From: Stegostoma tigrinum
Taxonomy: Eukaryota
Length of the DNA: 64,000 nucleotides
Assembly: GCF_030684315.1 (NCBI RefSeq)
Contig: NC_081387.1
Span: 16,399,409-16,463,408, forward strand
Direction: 5' to 3'
A program made the position numbers and the translations under genes. How positions within the stretch are numbered: position 1 is the stretch's first letter; every line of letters begins with the position of its first letter. The notes beneath the pieces were generated by a model. The model did no database searches. It saw nothing but the letters and a program-made list of their open reading frames with translations, and was not told the origin of the DNA. Positions 47,896 through 60,129 of the stretch are shown in pieces.

Positions 47896-49064
47896 CCCTT
47901 CATATTGTGTTCCACTTGCATACAAATCAACTTGAAAACAGACACCAGAATGGAACCATTTGCCACCCAGGCACTGCCAGTATTTGGATGGAAATGGCAT
48001 ACAGGGATATGGGGAAAAGGCAGGAGATTGGCACGAGTTAATAGAACTGGGTGCTGAATGTCTTCCTTCTGTGCGGTAACAATTCTGTCATCAGGAGGGA
48101 TAACCCAATGTGACAACGGCTTGAGATGTCTTCACCAGTGGGTCCTTCCAGGGTTCCACAGGGCACATGCCCAGTGAAAGGCTAAGCAGATAGTGTTAAA
48201 CAACAGAATCTACGCTTGTCAGTCCAGGTTCAAAGTATAAGTGGTTTCCTCACATACACATGAACAGCTCAAAGCCTCGCTGGCGACCCAAACGCAGTCA
48301 CGACTTTTATACATAAAACACACTTACATACCACACTCTTGCTGGACGATCTACCTATCACTCGCCTCGGTACATGACACGTGTACCAAGTACAAACAAT
48401 GTTTAAGCTGGCTGTTCTGTATCTGAAATGCCTCACACAAAATGGAACTTTACTACAATTAAGTGGGATCAACTTCTTCGAAGGTAAATGCATGCTCCCT
48501 GAAAAAGGCTGCAAAGTTAACATATTTTCCTAACAGCATCACGTTGTTTAAGTGCGTAACTTTCTAATTAGCTATCCTAAATGGCATATGTCCTGATGGG
48601 TCAGAAGATGCAAGCCTGACCCCTGACCTCAGGCATTTGACCTGGGAGTTATCCCAATGAGTATCCTGGTTCCGTACAAAAGATTTGTTGGCTGATACTG
48701 ACAGGGTTGTTGAGTTATAACCTGAAACAATGGGGGGAAACTCTGTTATCTTTGTGCCCAATTACACTGTAACTCAACAAATCACAGATTCAGAGTCTCC
48801 TTTTCGTTCATTTCCGGTCAGTTTTTCAAAGGCAAAAAGGTCATTCTTTGCATCTTCCACCTCCTTCTTTCAGATATCCATCCTGTATGTTTATACAATG
48901 CTACCTCAGTAATTTTCTCCACTATGAACTACTTTAACCCTTTACATCCTTCCTTTTCCTTATAAAACTGCACTTTATTTTACTTTTTATTTCACCCTCA
49001 ATGCTGAATATACCGGTCTGCCATGCACAAATGTCCTGGGGGTAGCAGGCTCCCTCTTCAGGAG

Positions 49065-49600
49065 AGCGAATACGGCGTGGAAACAGACCCTTCAAACCAA
49101 CTCAGCCGTGCCGACCAGGCATCCTGATCTAAACTAGTCCCATTTGTCAACATCCGGCCCATATTTCCTCCAAACCCTTTCTATTCGTGTGCTCATCCAG
49201 ATGTCTTTAAAATGTTGTAGTTTTACCAGCCTCCACCACTTCCTCTGGCAGCTCATTCCATACAATGCACCACTCTCTGCGTGAAAAAGAAATTATCCCG
49301 CAGGTTCTTAAATCTTTCCCATTACCCCTTAAACCTACGCATTCTAGTTTTGGATTCTCCAATCGTTGTAAAAAGACCTTGGCTATTCACTCTATCTCCG
49401 CTCCTCGAAATTTTATAAACATCTGTAAGGTCACCTCTCATGCTCCAATGATCGAGGGAAAAGAAACCCAGTCTGTTCAGCCTCTCCCTATAGCTCAAAC
49501 CCAGCAATATCCTTGTGAATCCTTTCTGCACCCTCGCACGTTTTACGATATCCTTCCTATAGAAGGGCGACCGGAATTGTGCACAATATCATCAATGTGG
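49065..49600 (-). mobile_element. CR1 3' fragment
   Basis: Minus ORF GFTRILLGLSYRERLNRLGFFSL...RGDLTDVYKI. Confidence 0.85.
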
Positions 49601-49659
49601 CAAACGGTTTTGCAAAGTTCAGCACCAACTCTGTAGAACCAGGCAGCCAATACAGTGAC

Positions 49660-50230
49660 AACTGATGCAAGCACAGAGTCCGACACAATTCAGGGCAGAA
49701 CGCTCTTTACATGGGCGGCACTGCGAGATCCTTCAGATTAACCCACCTCGTTAGCAGACAGCAGTTTCACTCTATGCAAGTGCAGCTAGTCTGTGTTCAG
49801 AGGAAACAGGTCTATCCAGGGAGCTCATACGATGCACAGAACCTGAAGAAATTGCAAGTGCCGCCAGCGTTTGTTCCACTTCCTCCTTGATTGTAGGGCT
49901 GGCTCACTGGTAGCAGAGGGGCCCTCTCTGACGGTATCCATGAAGAATGTGGAAAGTACAGCAGAGGCTGGTGACAACAGCAATAATAGATACAGTGGTG
50001 ACAATAATACAATGGTGACAAGATGACACAATAGAACTGCAGAAAATGAGGTTCTGCTATTTGGACCATTCAAGCACTTGCAAATACAATATCCAGGACC
50101 ACTGTGTTGTGTTGTAGCCTGCACAACCTTGCCCAGCAAAGAAAGGAGGATTTTGCAGCTGGTGGGGTGGGATGCACTGCATGAGGAGGAAGGGGAAGGC
50201 AATGCTGCTGATGAGAGAGTAATCATTGTA
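49660..50230 (+). mobile_element. PIF/Harbinger transposase (HARBI1-like DDE) remnant
   Basis: In order: FHSMQVQLVC, YPGSSYDA, GWLTG, KMRFCYLD, VLCCSLHNLAQ, which match conserved Harbinger motifs; frameshifted. Confidence 0.75.
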
Positions 50231-51359
50231 GTATAGCACCAGAAGCCAGGGCAATGGAGCAACACAGCATACAGGCCTGAGGCAATTTTATCACCGCCAG
50301 GATTCAGGATGAGTGACGCACTCTTGGTCGCCAATACACTGTACATTATAATCCTGTGTTGCCTGGCAGGCTGTGCTTCCCTATTGGGCACAGATGATTT
50401 TGTTTCATTTCATTGCTCTGGTGCTGCATTAAGTTTTGCACTTTCACATTGAAATCTTTGACGTTGTAACCCTGTGGGTGAGTCAATCTGTAAACAAATG
50501 CATTTTGCTTGTGTAAAATGTGCTGGTTTAGAGCCAGCAGGAGTACCTGGGGAAACACTGCACACGCTGTGACCTCTGAACATTGCTGAAGCTCCTTGGC
50601 ACAAGCAAGCCCGCGTGCATGCTAAATCAGAAGCTGCACGCACTGTTAATTTGGCCGCGGTCCACTCAAGTCTCACTGACGCAGGCTCCAAATTGGGGAA
50701 ATCCCTTGCTAGTAACTCAGTCATGTAAGGCAGCAGCTGGACACACTGCCTCAGTAGCAGGTACTGCTGAAATAACAGCTTCAGAAGGATAATAATCAGA
50801 GGAAGGTAACTCATTGACAAAAGGATGCTCTAGTTTCATTCCTACATGTCGGTATAAGCAAAAATGTTGCTACTGATGCTGTGATAATGTAAATGGTGCA
50901 CCAAAGGCGTGCATTATCTAAGGCCGATTGAGAACAAAATGCAATGACCTCAAATAGATGCAATGTCTGCAGCAACCAGCATCCCAATTCAAGCTTGCTG
51001 ATTTGAGATTTGATTACACAAAGGCACAAAGGCTTGAAGATCGTGAAGCGAGATTCTCTGTTGCATTTGCGGCTCAGTCAATGCAAGCAGGAGGGGAGTT
51101 AAGGATAAACAAGGAACTATTTAAAGTGTCTAAATGGTAAGAAACAATAAGGGAATGAAGACACTTGTGGAAGTAATCTAAAACTCCGTAACAGTAGCTG
51201 TTCTGTAGGGCACAGAATCAGTCATCAGAATTGTCCTATATCCTTGCTGGGAGCTCACCACCATCTTCCCAAGGGGTGGGGGGGCAACTAGCAATGAGCA
51301 AGAAATGGTGGGCAGCCAGCGATGCCTGCACCCCACAGAATGAATGAATAAAAATTAAA

Positions 51360-52460
51360 TAAATTAACTTAAACGAGGGCAATTATGTAAGAGTAAGGGC
51401 AGAGTTGGCTGGACTGGGCTGGAAAAAGAGTTTAGCAGAAAAACTGGTTGACAAACACTGGCAGGTCCTGAAGAAAATAGTTTGTGACTTGCAGAAAATA
51501 TATATCCCAGCCAGTCATGAAGAATCTAGTAATATATAGTTTATCTAATAAATTTAGAATAGAATCAAATTGAAAGAAAATGCAAACAAAGATTAGTGGA
51601 AAACCAGAAAATTGGGAAAGTTTTAGAAACCAATAAACAATGTTCAGAAAAAGAAGAGAGAAAGGAGACCATGAGTGAAAACTAGCAAGTAGCATAAAAA
51701 CACACAGAGCTTCTTTAAATGTGTAAAAAGGAAGAGAAGACCCATTGCGAAAATAGGTCGCTTAGAGAATGAGGCTAGTAAAATAATCATAACAAGCCGG
51801 AAAATGGAAGAGCAGTTGAATAAATATTTTGCATCAGGCTTCACAGTGAAATATGCTCACCACTTTCTAATTTATTAAATATTCAAGAGGTTTATGTGGG
51901 GAGAAAATGAACACAGTCAGTATCACAAGAGAAAAAAAGTAAGAACTAATGGGGTTAAAACTGATAGGTTCCCAGCACCATCCTATGATTTTAACAGAAG
52001 TAGCTAACAAGGTGATGAATGTGCTGGTAATAATCGTCCAAGAATCTAAAGATTCTGGAAAAGCCCCAGAGGACTGGAAAACTTCCAAAGAAAACCCTTA
52101 TTCAAAAAGGGAGTCAAAAAAGTAACTTGAGGTGAGTAACCTTAATGTTTGACATGAGGAAAATGTTAGAGTCTATTATAAAGGATGTAGCAGTGGATCA
52201 TTTGGAAACACAGTTTAATTAAGCAAGGTCAGCACAACTTCATGAAGGTGAAATCATGCCTTCTAAATTTATTGCAGTTCTTTGTGAAGATAACAAGCAG
52301 AATAGATAAAGCAGAACTAGTAAATGTAATATATTTGGATTTTCAAAAGGTATTTGTTGAGATACTGCGCATCAGGCAACTTGATAAGTTAAAAGCCTAT
52401 GGTGTTAGAGGAGGTATGTTAGCATGGATAGAATCTTGGCTAACTAATCGAAGGCATTCA
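51360..52460 (+). mobile_element. Decayed CR1 ORF2 fragment
   Basis: SCLLNLLQFF...IYLDFQKVF...AWIESWLTNR. Confidence 0.85.
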
Positions 52461-52642
52461 TGTAAATTATGAACAGAGTAAGCCCCTGTGGAATGCCACT
52501 TCCTAACTTCCGCCATGCTCTCACTACATCCGCTCTTCCCTTACTGTTTTAAACTTGTCTCTTCAGAGTGTTAGTCTGAGGCTCTAGATTAATCCGGTGA
52601 TACTACCAGTAAACCATTAAATCACCAAGTGTTTTGTTACAG

Positions 52643-52789
52643 ATGGTGAAAGTACGACCCCAGCTGTTTCAACAACAAATCAATCTTCGACTGAAAATAC
52701 AGAAATGTATATCATTACCTCTGCTGCTATGTGTTTCTTCATTGTTCTCATCTGTTTCATCTACTTGTTGGTAACAAAGAAACACAGAG
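52643..52789 (+). CDS. IgV inhibitory receptor, exon 3: S/T-rich stalk + transmembrane helix + stop-transfer
   Basis: Acceptor gttttgttacag|, donor AG|gtacgt, 147 nt, phase 1-1: (D)GESTTPAVSTTNQSSTENTEMYIITSAAMCFFIVLICFIYLLVTKKHR. Confidence 0.88.
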
Positions 52790-53974
52790 GTACGTTACCA
52801 TTCTCCATGATCAGACCATATACCGGTGAATGAGCAGTTGCAATCAGGAAAGGTGAAAAAGCCTGACAATGACTGCAGTTAATGTGATAGATTATCATTT
52901 TATCAAAGAGTGATGGGCTGAGATGTAGAAATTCAAATTGTCCAGCTACCCAATCTTCACTTCTATAGAGTTCAATATTAAGGAACATTGGGGAAGACAT
53001 ATACAGGATAGTTTGATAAAAACCGAAAGAACTGCGGATGCAGTAAATCAGGAACAAAAACAAAGTTGCTGGAAAAGCTCAGCAAGTCTGGCATCATCTG
53101 CGAAGGGAAAAAACAGAGTTAACATTTCAGGCCCAGTGACCCTTCCTCAGAACTGGTTGATATCATGAGTTTTATACAAGTTACCACAGTTAAACGTACA
53201 GCCTATAGCCAAGTGACTATCTGGCTGCTATTGTCGAAATCTCCTCAGTCCATGGGCTGGGAAATGAAATTCACTCAATTCTTGTACTGCCCTCAATCTC
53301 CTGATTCCCATTTCCGACTGAATTATCTACCATGTGTTCTTCTGCATACCCTTCTCATATAGCTTACTGAATGGGCTGAATCAAATTTTCCCTTTCTGAA
53401 AGGAGCAAAGGTTGGGATGATGATCTGAGAGCAGATTAACGTTGAATCATTAATGACTGTACATAATACATGTAAACAGATCCTCGATATTTCAGCTACC
53501 ATTGCAGTTTGTAGTTAGTTTTATTTTACTGATCAATACACTTCATTATGAGCTGGTGATCAAATTAAGATTTAACTATGGGTTATCTGAATCTCACTAT
53601 TTGTTATATCTATTTAAATAATTCATGCACAATGGATATTGGAAAATAGTTAATAGTGGTTATTTCTTGACTTTGCCACAAATCTGACCATTTGACCGGA
53701 CTTTGCTTCTGTTCTGCACAGATTTTTAATAATTAACTGTATGTGTTTGGTGTGAGATTTTAATTAACCCTTCAGGTAATGGTCTCCATTGATGAAGAAA
53801 ATAAAATAAATTGAGTGACAAAACGCAAAACTGGAGCTTGCATTGACAAATCGAAAAGCATTGGCAAGCTGCCTTTTTTATACAATGGTGCCTTTATCAA
53901 GTTTTGAGGTGCATTACATCTTGTCATTCACACACAAGTCAAACAATTTCATATCTTGGAATATTTTAATTCAG

Positions 53975-54054
53975 GTTGTCGTCTGCAACAGGATTCTGTT
54001 GTCATGGAAACATCTATTCAGTCGATTGAGGGAATGAGGCAAGGCTTGACTGAG
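53975..54054 (+). CDS. IgV inhibitory receptor, exon 4: membrane-proximal cytoplasmic segment
   Basis: Acceptor ttttaattcag|, donor GAG|gtaaga, 80 nt, phase 1-0: (G)CRLQQDSVVMETSIQSIEGMRQGLTE. Confidence 0.75.
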
Positions 54055-54214
54055 GTAAGAGTGGAGTTGATTATTATGAGTTTAGATTCTTACTCAAAGA
54101 GCATTAACATCTATTTTGCAAAGTGCACTTCTTTTTTTATCAGGCTGACAGACCATTGAAAAAATGATGGGATTGGAACAACACTAGTTTTATATCCCAG
54201 TGATTTTAATTTCT

Positions 54215-54880
54215 ATTGATTTGGTTTGATTTATTGTTGTCATATGTATCGAGATACAGCGAAAAGTGTTGTTTTGCATGTTCTGCAGACAGATCGCTCC
54301 ATACTAAAAGTGCAGTGCCAAGAAGGTGCAGAGAGAAAGAGATCAGAATTAACATTTGAAAGTTTTAGCAATCAGCATTTGAAAGAATTAACAATTTGAA
54401 AATGGTGAGGAAGAAGCTATTTTTTGAATCTGTTCATATACATTTTCAGACTTTTATCTGTTGTGCCCAACCATTGCGGGTGGAGGAGAGTATAACTGGG
54501 GTGGAAGGGGTCTTCGATTATGTTGGTTGTTTTCCCAAAGCAGCAGGACACATCGATGGAGTCAATGGATAGAAAGCTGGTTTGTGTCATGGACGGGACT
54601 GTGTTCTGTAGAGCCTGGCAGAATTGGGCAGACCAATTGCCATAGGATGCTGTGATGCATCCAGATAGGCCACTGTCCATAGTGCATCTCTCAGAACGGG
54701 GAGGCATCTTTGCGGACATGCTGAATTTCCTCAGTCTCCAGAGGAGGTAATTGTTGTGCTTTCTTGACCATTGTGTCAACGTGGGGTGGGCCAGGACAGA
54801 TTGTTGGTGATCATCACTCCCAGGAACCTGACGCTCTTAACCATCTCCTTCTCAGCACCATTGATGTAGACAGCATGTCA
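54215..54880 (-). mobile_element. Rex1/Babar-type LINE 3' fragment
   Basis: Minus ORF LRKFSMSAKM...SGLSGCITASYGNWSAQ...IIEDPFHPSYTLL; similar 3' end at ~33860-34045 (+). Confidence 0.7.
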
Positions 54881-55049
54881 ATATCTGATGCTGTGACAAA
54901 TAATGAAAGTATTGGGATGGCAGATGAATTGCCAGGGTATGTTGCATCAGTCAACACTGTACAAGGAGCATCCTAGAAGCTGTAAATCAGGAAATGGAAG
55001 ACAAAAGAAGCTCAAGAAACTCACAAGCAGACTATCTGGATGGTTTTGG

Positions 55050-56520
55050 TGAGCAAATTGATAAAGCTGTAGGCTGATAGAATCCCAAGTCCTGATGGAC
55101 CACATGTTTTCATCTTAAAAGAAATGGCTAGTGAAATAGTTGAAGCATTTGTGTTAATTTTTGTGAAATTTCTATAGACTTGAAGAGGTTCCTATTGGAT
55201 AGGAAAATATTGTTCATTTCCTGCAAAGGTATGCAAGAGAGAAAGTAGGAAACTTCTTCGACCCTTGAATTCTTTAAAGTTTGAAGTTTGCATCACGTAT
55301 AGACAGAATGGTTAAGAAGGTATTTAGCACACTTGCCTTCATTGCTCAGAAGGTGGGACATCATGTTAACGTTATACAGGACCTTGAAGAGGACTCTTCT
55401 GGCGTTCTGTGTCCAGTTCGGGTCGCCCTGCTATATGAAGGATATTATTAAGCTGCAAAGGGTTCAGAAGAGATTTACCAGGATGTTGCCAGTAACGGAG
55501 GGTTTGAGTTACAAAGAGATACTGGATAGGCCGGGACTGTTTTCACTGGAGTACAGGAGGTTGAGGGGTGACCTTATAGAGGTCTGTAAAATCATGAAGT
55601 GTACAGATAAAGTGAATGGCAGATGTCTTTTTCCTAGTGTGTGACTAGGGGGCATATTTTTAAGGTGAGAGGAGAAATTTTAAAAAAAGATGTGAGGCCA
55701 ATTTTTTTTACAGAGAGAGTGGCTCATGTGTGGAATAAACTTCCAGAGAAAGTGATAGATGTGGGTAGAGTCACAGTGTTTAAAGACATTTAGATAAGTA
55801 CATGAATAAGAAGTGTTTGGAATGATATAGGCTAGGTGCAGACAAGTGGGACTAGAGATAACAAAGTGTGAAGCTGGATGAACGCAGCAGGCCAATCAGA
55901 GGAGCACAAAAGCTGATGTTTCGGGTCTAGACCCTTCATCAGAAAAGGAGAAGAGGGAGAGAGTTCTGAAATAAATATAGAGGGGGAGGTGGATCGAAGA
56001 CGGATAGAAGTGAAGATAGGTGGAGAGGAGACAGACAAGTTAAAGAGTCGGGGATGGAGCCAGTAGAGGTGAATGTCGTTGGGCTAGTTTAGTTTGGCGG
56101 ATTATGGTCGGCATGTACTGGTTGGACAGAAGGGTCTGTTTCCATGCCGCTTGCTCCTATGACTTTATGTTAAAACAGCACACTTCGATAAGTTCAAGGT
56201 AAGTAAGCAGAGCCAACATGGTTTTGTGAGAGGGAGTTCATGTTCAGCCAATTTATTAGAGTGCTTTCAGGAAGTATAATGTGCTTTGGATGATGGGAAA
56301 TTGGTGGGCATAATTTAATTAGATTTACAGAAAATATTTAGTAAAGTGCAACATCAAAGGTTATTGTAGTTAAAGTAAAAAGCTGATGGTGTAGGGTATA
56401 ATATATTGACACAGTGAGATGATTAGTTGATTAACAAGAAATGGAGCAGACATGAATTCGGTTGGCAAGATGTAATGAACGGTGTGCCACAAGGGATAAA
56501 CACTGTGACCTCAATGTTTA
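55050..56520 (+). mobile_element. Nested CR1 fragments with a PLE 3' end inserted at ~55855-56080 (-)
   Basis: LYRTL..LAFCVQFGSP...QKRFTRMLP; PLE arm with HHR-like ctgatgaagggtctagacccgaaacatc on the minus strand. Confidence 0.8.
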
Positions 56521-56589
56521 AAATTTATCTCGGAGGAAGCGTGGGTGGCAATTGTAACTCTGTTCAGCCTCAGTCAGAGGGCTGCGTTA

Positions 56590-57200
56590 CAGAGTAATCA
56601 GCCGTGGTTGCAGTGGGGAGCCCTTGCCCTCAGTAACCAGCCTTGCAAGGCACCTGCACCCGCAAACTCTGCAAGTACTTGAGAGTGTAGGGGTGATGGC
56701 AGCTGCCAGGGCAGAGGGCACACAGCAAGTGGAACCCATGAGCATCTGCACATTGGTGAAATGGATGCCCTTCCTATTGATGAACATCATTGTGTTGGGA
56801 TGTGGGCATCTCTGCTCTGGTGCACAATGAGTGTGCCTGGAGATGTTCCCACCAGGAGTCCAAACTGGAAGTCCAGAGGACAAACTGATGAGCTGGAGTC
56901 GCTTGGAATTTCAAGTTGGGAATTCTTGGTGTCCAGTTTATTCATAACATGTTGCAGGATAGAAAGCTACGGGTGAATGAGGCAAGATGTACAGTTAATG
57001 AGGGTGAAAATGAGCACTAGCCCCAGTTAATAGGCATCTCATCACTCCCAAGCAAGAATGTTGTCCCACCCGAGCAGAAGCTCAGTTGCAAAATGCAATG
57101 AGTTGCTCTTGACATTGGGAAAGGCCTCCCCTGCCTTCTCATGCCATTCTGTCAGATTGCCTGCCATTGGCCACATCATCATACAGGCCCCTTTAAGGTT
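56590..57200 (-). mobile_element. PIF/Harbinger transposase remnant
   Basis: Minus strand: FINRKGIHFTNVQM, PGSCH, and GWLL..GSPLQPRLIT (compare GWLLGD.GYPL..WLMTP). Confidence 0.7.
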
Positions 57201-58014
57201 CTGCCCAATGAGTAAAGCCAAGCTCAAGTAGAACACAAAAGCCATCTGTCTTTTCCCTTCTTCACCACTTCAATATTCCTCTGATAGTGACAATGCTGTT
57301 TGACATCAGTTTAATGATGTGAAAGAGTGCAACTTCTCATTGAACCTCGGAAAGCACAGTTCCCACTCTGTGCTGTGAAAATCAGTGTAAAAGGGACCCT
57401 CTGTTTGAATTACAAGCTGAACCAGACATGATATGCTTAGATGTCACACATCAACTACAGTGAAGCAGAGTTGCATAATGTTAAACTAACTAATTGATAA
57501 AATTGGATTGTTTGATCATAACATAAATGAAAATTAATTATTAAACATGATTATCCCTCCTTTAATAATAAATAGTTAGCTTGTCTTACAGTGGTTTTGG
57601 TTGAGACGGATATTGATCAGGCTGCGCCTGGTCTTTTTCGCAATACTATAGTTCTTTGGGGTCTTATACATTAATCTAAGTGCGCAGGGGTAGGATCTTT
57701 GTTTTAGGGTTCCATCCAAAAGTGGCACCTCTTTATTTAACAATTTCTAAACATATAAAATAAATTTTTAAAAATCTAATGTGGAATAATATCAATATAA
57801 CCATTATATCATGGCTGTCATTGAAAATGGTGAAGGAAAACTGGACAGCTCAGAGCTGGGATATTAGCATGTTTTGAAAAAGGGTGGGGAAGTTTTACCC
57901 AGTAGCCTGCGTAATATTTATCTGAACCAAAATCAATGAAAAACAGGATGCTGAGATCAATTGGGCTTTCACGAATGAGATGGATTGAGTTTTGTTGGCT
58001 TAAGGTATCAAAGG

Positions 58015-58590
58015 ATATATTATACAGGGTCTTGGTGAGACCACCCCTGGGGTATTGCATGTTAGTTTTGGCTTCCCTATGTTCCTGAGGATAGACTTGC
58101 TAAAGAGAGAGTGCAACAAATGTTTGCAAGGCTAATACCACAGATGGCAGTACTGTCACATGAGGAGAGATAAGTTTGCCTGGGTTTCTATTCTCCAGGG
58201 ATCACAACTACAAGAGGGGATCTGGTTGAAATGTATAAAATTCAAGCAGGGTTGGAACGACTAGATGCAAGGAGGACGTTTCCCCTGGATGGAGAGTTGA
58301 GAACCAGTGGGTCACCATCTCAGGGTATGGGAGAGTAATTAAGACTAAAATGAGGACACTTCTACTCTTTCAGAAGATGGCCAACCCACAGAAGGCTGTG
58401 GAGGCTGGATCACTGAGCGTATTCAAGAAAGAGGTCGATACATTTTCAGTTATTATAAGCGTCAGAGTGTTTGAAGAGGCAGAGAGAATATGGCATTGAG
58501 GTAAAGGATGAGCTGTGGCCATAATGAATGGCAGATAAGGAGTCAAGGGCTGAATGGCCGACTGCTGCCTATAGTTTCAATGTTTCCATA
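58015..58590 (+). mobile_element. Old CR1 3' fragment
   Basis: ttatacagggtcttggtgagacca... (LYRVLVRP) through gggctgaatggccgactgctgcc. Confidence 0.75.
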
Positions 58591-58862
58591 TGGAGCAGGA
58601 GCACGTGGACAGAGTTGACATGCAGATTAATTATGGTCTTACTGAATGGTGGATCAGGCCCAGGGCTGGATGGCCTTAGGCTGTTCCTCACAGTAGGGTA
58701 CCAAAGGGTGACTTTTACTGCACCCACTGGTTGGATAAATTTCCTTGTCGGGAGAGCTGAAGCAGTTGTCGCTGTCAATGTTTGTACATTTTCATCTGTT
58801 TTCTTCCAAGGCCTTTATGATTTCACACATCCTGAAAGCTGTGCCTTTTGCTTTCTGTGCAG

Positions 58863-59009
58863 GGCCAGGATACGTTAACAAACAGTGAACTCACATATTC
58901 CCTTCTGCAGTGGTCCAAGGACAGGAACCCACAGGCTTCAGGAGCTGACACACAAGAGACAGGTCTGCAGACAGTATATGCTTTTCCACAGATGGTGAAC
59001 TGCAGGTGA
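58863..59009 (+). CDS. IgV inhibitory receptor, last coding exon: ITIM + ITSM-like tail
   Basis: Acceptor gccttttgctttctgtgcag|, phase 0: GQDTLTNSELTYSLLQWSKDRNPQASGADTQETGLQTVYAFPQMVNCR*. Possible polyA signal ATTAAA at 59717-59722. Confidence 0.82.
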   Translation, partial: GQDTLTNSELTYSLLQWSKDRNPQASGADTQETGLQTVYAFPQMVNCR

Positions 59010-60129
59010 AGTGCCTGGGCTTGAGAGACAGGGAATTGGATCAACATTCTCACGGACATTGGGCTGTGGGGTTGTTGCAACGACTGGATTGACATTAGCA
59101 GCCATTAAGCCAATGCGCTTCCATGGGGACTTCACGTAAATGCAGTGAGAAACCTTCCTTGGGACTCCTTGATGTGCAATCAATTACCAATCAGGACCGG
59201 TCTAAAGGGCCCCTGCTATGCAAAGGACACATTGGTGTGTTAACAGCACTGAACAAAATCAGGGGAATTGAAACCACCTCTGAATGTGATTTGGATAGGA
59301 ACTCCTGCCCCCAACCTTCAAAACACAGGGGATTATATCTCTGCTCTGTGCTGTGACCTAGTCGTAGCAGGTCAGCAGGTCACATTGCACCAGTCCCTAT
59401 TTATTCCAATGGGAGTAAAAATTAGGGAAAGTTGCAATTGGGACTGTCAACTTGGTTATGTTCTCCTTATACATTATCCTCGAAAATGACCGCAGTGCAT
59501 TGACAGAGGGAGGAGGGGTTCTGACGCTCACTGTTCCTAAGTTCAAGTGTGATGGTGCTGAGGACAAATGCGCAAAAATACATTGACTGCTTCTTCTCTG
59601 CATTTCTGAAGCATCCATAATTACCTGGTAAACATTATTCAAATACTGTCTTATTTATTCAAATGATGAATACTCATTATTGCAGAAACAAAAGGTCGCT
59701 TTCATTTGTCCTTTGTATTAAACAAGCTGGACGTTAGTCTCATTTTCTGTCGCTAATGCAGGCCATGTGCCATTTTTATTTAATCAGCTGTATCAACAGT
59801 TACATTCAATTTTATACAAAGATCCACAGCCACAACAGCTCTGTCTTTTACTCAACCACTCTGTTGCCTGGAATTGTAATGAATCTCAATGGAGCTCTGT
59901 TCCATTTTGTCGGAGGAAGTTATAACACACGGTGGTTATATTTAGAAGCAATAGGTTGGTTAGCTTGGGTGGCTGGTTTGCAAAGCAGAGTGATGCCCAG
60001 AGGGCGTGTTCAATTCCTGCATCCAAGGGTCAGGTTGTGGTTATCATGAAGGACTCCCTTTCACAATTTCTCCCTTTGCCTGAAGTGTGGTGACCATCAG
60101 GTTAAACCACCAGTCCAGGGGAGGGCTGC

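Noticed and set aside
39835-59009. Assigning the symbol PDCD1, CEACAM1, HEPACAM or VSTM5
   Set aside because: Each matches only partly (exon plan, tail spacing or domain type); orthology cannot be established without searches and synteny.
59123-59489. ORFs downstream of the receptor stop as extra coding exons
   Set aside because: They follow an in-frame TGA at 59007-59009 and have weak acceptors; more likely 3' UTR.
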